Source: an uncultured virus (IMG/VR IMGVR_UViG_2061766007_000865) (taxonomy: Duplodnaviria; Heunggongvirae; Uroviricota; Caudoviricetes). From it: a stretch of DNA of 64,000 bases. A model generated the notes under the pieces. That model ran no database searches. It was not told where the DNA came from and saw nothing but the letters and a program-made list of their open reading frames with translations. Of the stretch, positions 60,774 through 64,000 are shown in pieces. Position 1 is the first letter of the stretch. Each line of letters begins with the position of its first letter. The stretch lies in IMG/VR virus record IMGVR_UViG_2061766007_000865. One strand, 5' to 3'. The translations under genes were made by a program, and so were the position numbers.

Positions 60774-60855
60774 AGACGAGGGTGGGATTCGAACCCACGT
60801 GCCATAGGCCAAAGCTTTTGCAGAGCTAGGTAATTGACCACTCTACCACCTCGTC
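60774..60855 (-). tRNA. tRNA-Cys(GCA) with 13-nt variable arm
   Basis: GACGAGG/CCTCGTC acceptor, U73, loop CTGCAAA, GTGGG-TTCGAAT-CCCAC. Confidence 0.9.
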
Positions 60856-60932
60856 ATGATATAAAATAAGCCCACCACTATTTTCACAAACGGCAGCAGG
60901 CAAGGCTAGATAATCTACAATTTATTTATTTT

Positions 60933-61559
60933 TTAATTTTCACTTGGAGTTCTTCTAGCAAAGCGTCCGTTTGCTGCACGAAATGGTTGTGGTCTCGTTG
61001 ACTCACGGAACTTTTTCAGCAGCTTGCTAGCAGTCTCTTGAGCTTGAGAAGTTTCCTCGATTGTTTTCTTATTGGGGGTATCATCCTTTTCGCCCTTTGC
61101 CGCCTTTTCCTTTGGTTCATTAACAACCTTTGGAATAATAACAGTCATTGTCTTTGTGATTGGATTATACCTTTCGCTCTTATTCTCCACATCACAATTC
61201 TTAGGGATTGTAACAGTGGTCTTGTTCGAGCGCTCTGTATGTTCGTCCTTGAATGTTACCTCAACGATAAGCTTACCATCCTCAATCTTTGACTCGAACT
61301 TCTCACCAAGAGTTTCATCAAAGGGTACTCTCACCTCAAAATCAGAGATATTGTCCTTCACTTGCTTCATCAGCTCGTTAAACTCACCAAGAAGCTCATT
61401 GCCCTTCTTAAGCAAAGAGTCCTTCACTGTGTTAAGGGACTCAAACTGCTCGTCCCAATCGATAGAATTAATGGTCTCATTCATCTTATCAACAAGGCTC
61501 AAAGCAGCAGATGTGCCATTGTCAATGAGACCTAACAGTCTTTCTTTTAAATTTGCCAT
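60933..61559 (-). CDS. Hsp20/alpha-crystallin-like protein
   Basis: FEV.VP..KIEDGKLIV..VTIPKNCDVE....Y.....MTVIIPK. Confidence 0.55.
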   Translation of the reverse strand: MANLKERLLGLIDNGTSAALSLVDKMNETINSIDWDEQFESLNTVKDSLLKKGNELLGEFNELMKQVKDNISDFEVRVPFDETLGEKFESKIEDGKLIVEVTFKDEHTERSNKTTVTIPKNCDVENKSERYNPITKTMTVIIPKVVNEPKEKAAKGEKDDTPNKKTIEETSQAQETASKLLKKFRESTRPQPFRAANGRFARRTPSEN

Positions 61560-61648
61560 GTCTTTAAAAATTTAATTTATTGTATAAAAATGTACTGCAA
61601 AGATATAAATAAAAAATGAGAAAAACAAGTTTTTTAACAGTATTTAAC

Positions 61649-62335
61649 TTACTCAAGTTCATCCCACATATCTTTAGGAAATCTACTATGAAGCTGTTCT
61701 AGCCACCAAATTGTCTTCACCTTACACATTGGTAGCCTCTGTCCTTTCATGAGCGTAGAACGCTTAATAACCACTCCTTCTTTGATGTTTGGATATTGGC
61801 ATCCATCCTTAGTCCAATTGTTATTCTCGATAGAGTTAACAAAATCCATATCGAGTTTGCCGATATATATCACCTCTGGAGTCAATACCCTATCATCCTT
61901 ACAGAAAAGGTCAACAAACATATTTGGCTCAATATATCCCTTCTTCTTGAGAAACACATCAATCAATGCAAGACGAAGAGTATCTCCCTCTTGATGGAAT
62001 CCAGCAAAGGAATTATCTCCGTACCATTCAAAGAACAATGTAATTTCCTCAACACCATTGAAAATACCTTTCTTACCGCTATTGTTTACAATTATCTCCC
62101 TCAATACATCTTCATAATGTTCTTTGAAGTATCTAACTGCATCGCCAAAGCCCTCAGTATTTTCATCCACATATTGATGACGTGAACCAAACATGGTGAA
62201 TTGCTTTTTTGTTGCTCCCTTTGGAGTATATTTAACTCTAAAGTTCTGCCCATCTAGCTTATTGAAAGCAACGACTTGCTCACCACGAAGTGTACCATCA
62301 TCGAAAAACCTAGGTATGCTTCCGTATTCTTTCAT
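61649..62335 (-). CDS. RNA ligase-like nucleotidyltransferase
   Basis: Motif I KLDGQN, III FFEWYG, IIIa LIDV, IV EGVV, V KVK. Confidence 0.8.
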   Translation of the reverse strand: MKEYGSIPRFFDDGTLRGEQVVAFNKLDGQNFRVKYTPKGATKKQFTMFGSRHQYVDENTEGFGDAVRYFKEHYEDVLREIIVNNSGKKGIFNGVEEITLFFEWYGDNSFAGFHQEGDTLRLALIDVFLKKKGYIEPNMFVDLFCKDDRVLTPEVIYIGKLDMDFVNSIENNNWTKDGCQYPNIKEGVVIKRSTLMKGQRLPMCKVKTIWWLEQLHSRFPKDMWDELE

Positions 62336-62921
62336 TTTTCTGTTTTTCTAAAACCTCTTTTATTTTATGGTAATAACCACTAGGAGTACCAGTTCGGAGT
62401 TTCTTAAAGCAATGAACAACTGAGTTGTATACATCAGTGTCTTCATCCCAAGTACTAGAGAAGCACCTACCATTTTTAGTCATAACATTACACTCAACAT
62501 GATAGATAATCTTATAACTTCTCATATCCATCATAAGTGGCTTTATAGTAATCTTAGCACCTTTCTCCCTCTTTAGTTTGATTAGTTCCTCAGTTGCAGC
62601 ATCAAGGTCAGTGTTGACCTCAAAGAAATAGTCCCTAATTGGCTCTAAATCATGGAGATTATTGAAGTCATCCATGATGGTCTTTCCATCATCAGCAGAT
62701 TGATAAATCCAGCTAACATGGAAATTATATTTCTTGTATTGTGGTTCAAAAGAATAGATTCCGTCACCAGTATTATACCACATATCATTGCTTCCATATG
62801 TACCAAGATTATTTAATCTATTCGTTCTACCGCCAAATGTATATGTGATAAAATAGTTTGTATCAGTATTATCTTGAACTTCCTCTATTTCTCTAAGGTA
62901 TCTGTAGTATTTCATTTCCAA
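62310..62921 (-). CDS. hypothetical protein
   Basis: 203-aa ORF overlapping both neighbours. Confidence 0.7.
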   Translation of the reverse strand: MEMKYYRYLREIEEVQDNTDTNYFITYTFGGRTNRLNNLGTYGSNDMWYNTGDGIYSFEPQYKKYNFHVSWIYQSADDGKTIMDDFNNLHDLEPIRDYFFEVNTDLDAATEELIKLKREKGAKITIKPLMMDMRSYKIIYHVECNVMTKNGRCFSSTWDEDTDVYNSVVHCFKKLRTGTPSGYYHKIKEVLEKQKNERIRKHT

Positions 62922-64000
62922 GTATGAATGTTTTTATAGCTATACTCTATCTTGGTTAGAATAGGTATCAGAGTGTATATCCACCAAGCAGCTATGCCAT
63001 CTAATATATCTTCAAAGAATGAACTAGTATTATCCACAACCTTAAATTGGTAGTGTTTGAAGTCATATATGAACGAGTTGTCATATGTGTCTTCATTGCT
63101 TATATCGTTGCCAATAAGCAATATTGATACAAGTATATCAAGCACGAGTATAATAATCAAAAGTCCAATACTCTGCCCCTTTGTAAGTTCGTTCTTGATA
63201 TAATCGAAATCCTTAAACTCTTTGCGATGCCAAAGATTGATGTGTTTCTCAAGCCAATCTGGATATTTACTCAAATCCATTCTCGGATGTTCCCTGAAAT
63301 ACCTCTTGGTAGCAACCTCCAATTCTGGTTTATCACACCATGAGAATGGATTACACCAATCTATAGTACCTTTCTTGGTATTGTAGCCAAGACAAAGGAT
63401 GAATTCGTTCTTATTTCCACCTTGCCAATAGGATTTCTGTTTCTCAGATATTTCCACTGGTTTGTCTCTGAACACAAGTACATAGATACGGAACTGCTTC
63501 TTAGCACCATATATCGAATTAATATACTTGTATCTCTTATGGACTGTCTTTCCAGCCTTGAAACCAAGAATCACATCTTGGTCATATTCTCTAACCCTTG
63601 GATATCTGAACAGCCCTAATGAGTCAGCATCCTTATCGCTAATCTCCTCGAACTTGAAGATAGAATGAGACGCAAGTATCTTGTTCTGATAAGTTTCTGT
63701 CCATACATATGCCCTCACATGCTGCGGTGTGCCATCGTAATAGTAATCTTGTGCGTCACCATCGATTTTATAGTAGTCTCTATGCATATCTCGGAACACC
63801 ATCTTTGGATGTCCAAGTTCTGCCATAGCTCTGTCAAATTCGCCCTTATTATAGAAATTACGTTCCCACCCATCAGTGCTTACCCTATATGTCCAATGCT
63901 CTGGATGATAGTCTCTGTAGGAACAATCATATTCCTCTTCGTGCGTAATCGCATTTCCGTCTTTGTCGTAACCATCATGCACTGTTCTAGTACATGTTCT
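62912..64000 (-). CDS. membrane protein (5' end outside the window)
   Basis: Frame open to the window edge; hydrophobic TM segment near the C-terminus. Confidence 0.7.
   Translation of the reverse strand, partial: RTCTRTVHDGYDKDGNAITHEEEYDCSYRDYHPEHWTYRVSTDGWERNFYNKGEFDRAMAELGHPKMVFRDMHRDYYKIDGDAQDYYYDGTPQHVRAYVWTETYQNKILASHSIFKFEEISDKDADSLGLFRYPRVREYDQDVILGFKAGKTVHKRYKYINSIYGAKKQFRIYVLVFRDKPVEISEKQKSYWQGGNKNEFILCLGYNTKKGTIDWCNPFSWCDKPELEVATKRYFREHPRMDLSKYPDWLEKHINLWHRKEFKDFDYIKNELTKGQSIGLLIIILVLDILVSILLIGNDISNEDTYDNSFIYDFKHYQFKVVDNTSSFFEDILDGIAAWWIYTLIPILTKIEYSYKNIHTWK

Noticed and set aside
882..63619. Many + strand ORFs in the ORF track (e.g. 2614..2880, 20861..21340, 53800..54261, 61072..61575)
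   Set aside because: Antisense shadows of better-supported minus-strand genes.
1..64000. TAG-to-Gln recoding as in Lak phages
   Set aside because: Recognisable genes are intact in code 11, TAG ends several genes at plausible positions (e.g. 40880 before a terminator, 58497), and no suppressor tRNA was seen.

Overview
64 kb of an AT-rich, N-gapped (metagenomic scaffold) large/jumbo phage genome that most likely infects Bacteroidales (Prevotella-like host, inferred from about 47 TTTG-N~20-TAnnTTTG Bacteroidetes sigma promoters). It uses the standard code: TAG acts as a stop. No virion or replication core genes are recognisable, so this is the accessory/early region. Layout: (1) 0.4-3.3 kb, a DUF723-repeat endonuclease, a GC-rich non-coding island with a near-perfect parS site, and a sigma-70 gene; (2) 6-33 kb, a minus-strand block of short hypothetical genes with 33 near-identical host-type promoters, several of them fused into intrinsic terminator hairpins, bracketed by two clusters of an 18-bp palindrome; (3) non-coding islands inside that block: a tandem array of tRNA-like RNAs with an enlarged D-arm (10.3-10.6 kb), an ~800-nt structured RNA region (24.0-24.8 kb) and tRNA-Leu; (4) a strand-composition switch with short tandem repeats near 35.8 kb; (5) 41-52 kb, a promoter-free array of small paralogous or unrelated genes joined by shared junction sequences; (6) 52-64 kb, YqeY-like, NadD, metallophosphoesterase, tRNA-Cys, Hsp20-like and RNA-ligase-like genes. 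All structures were read by eye; no searches were run.
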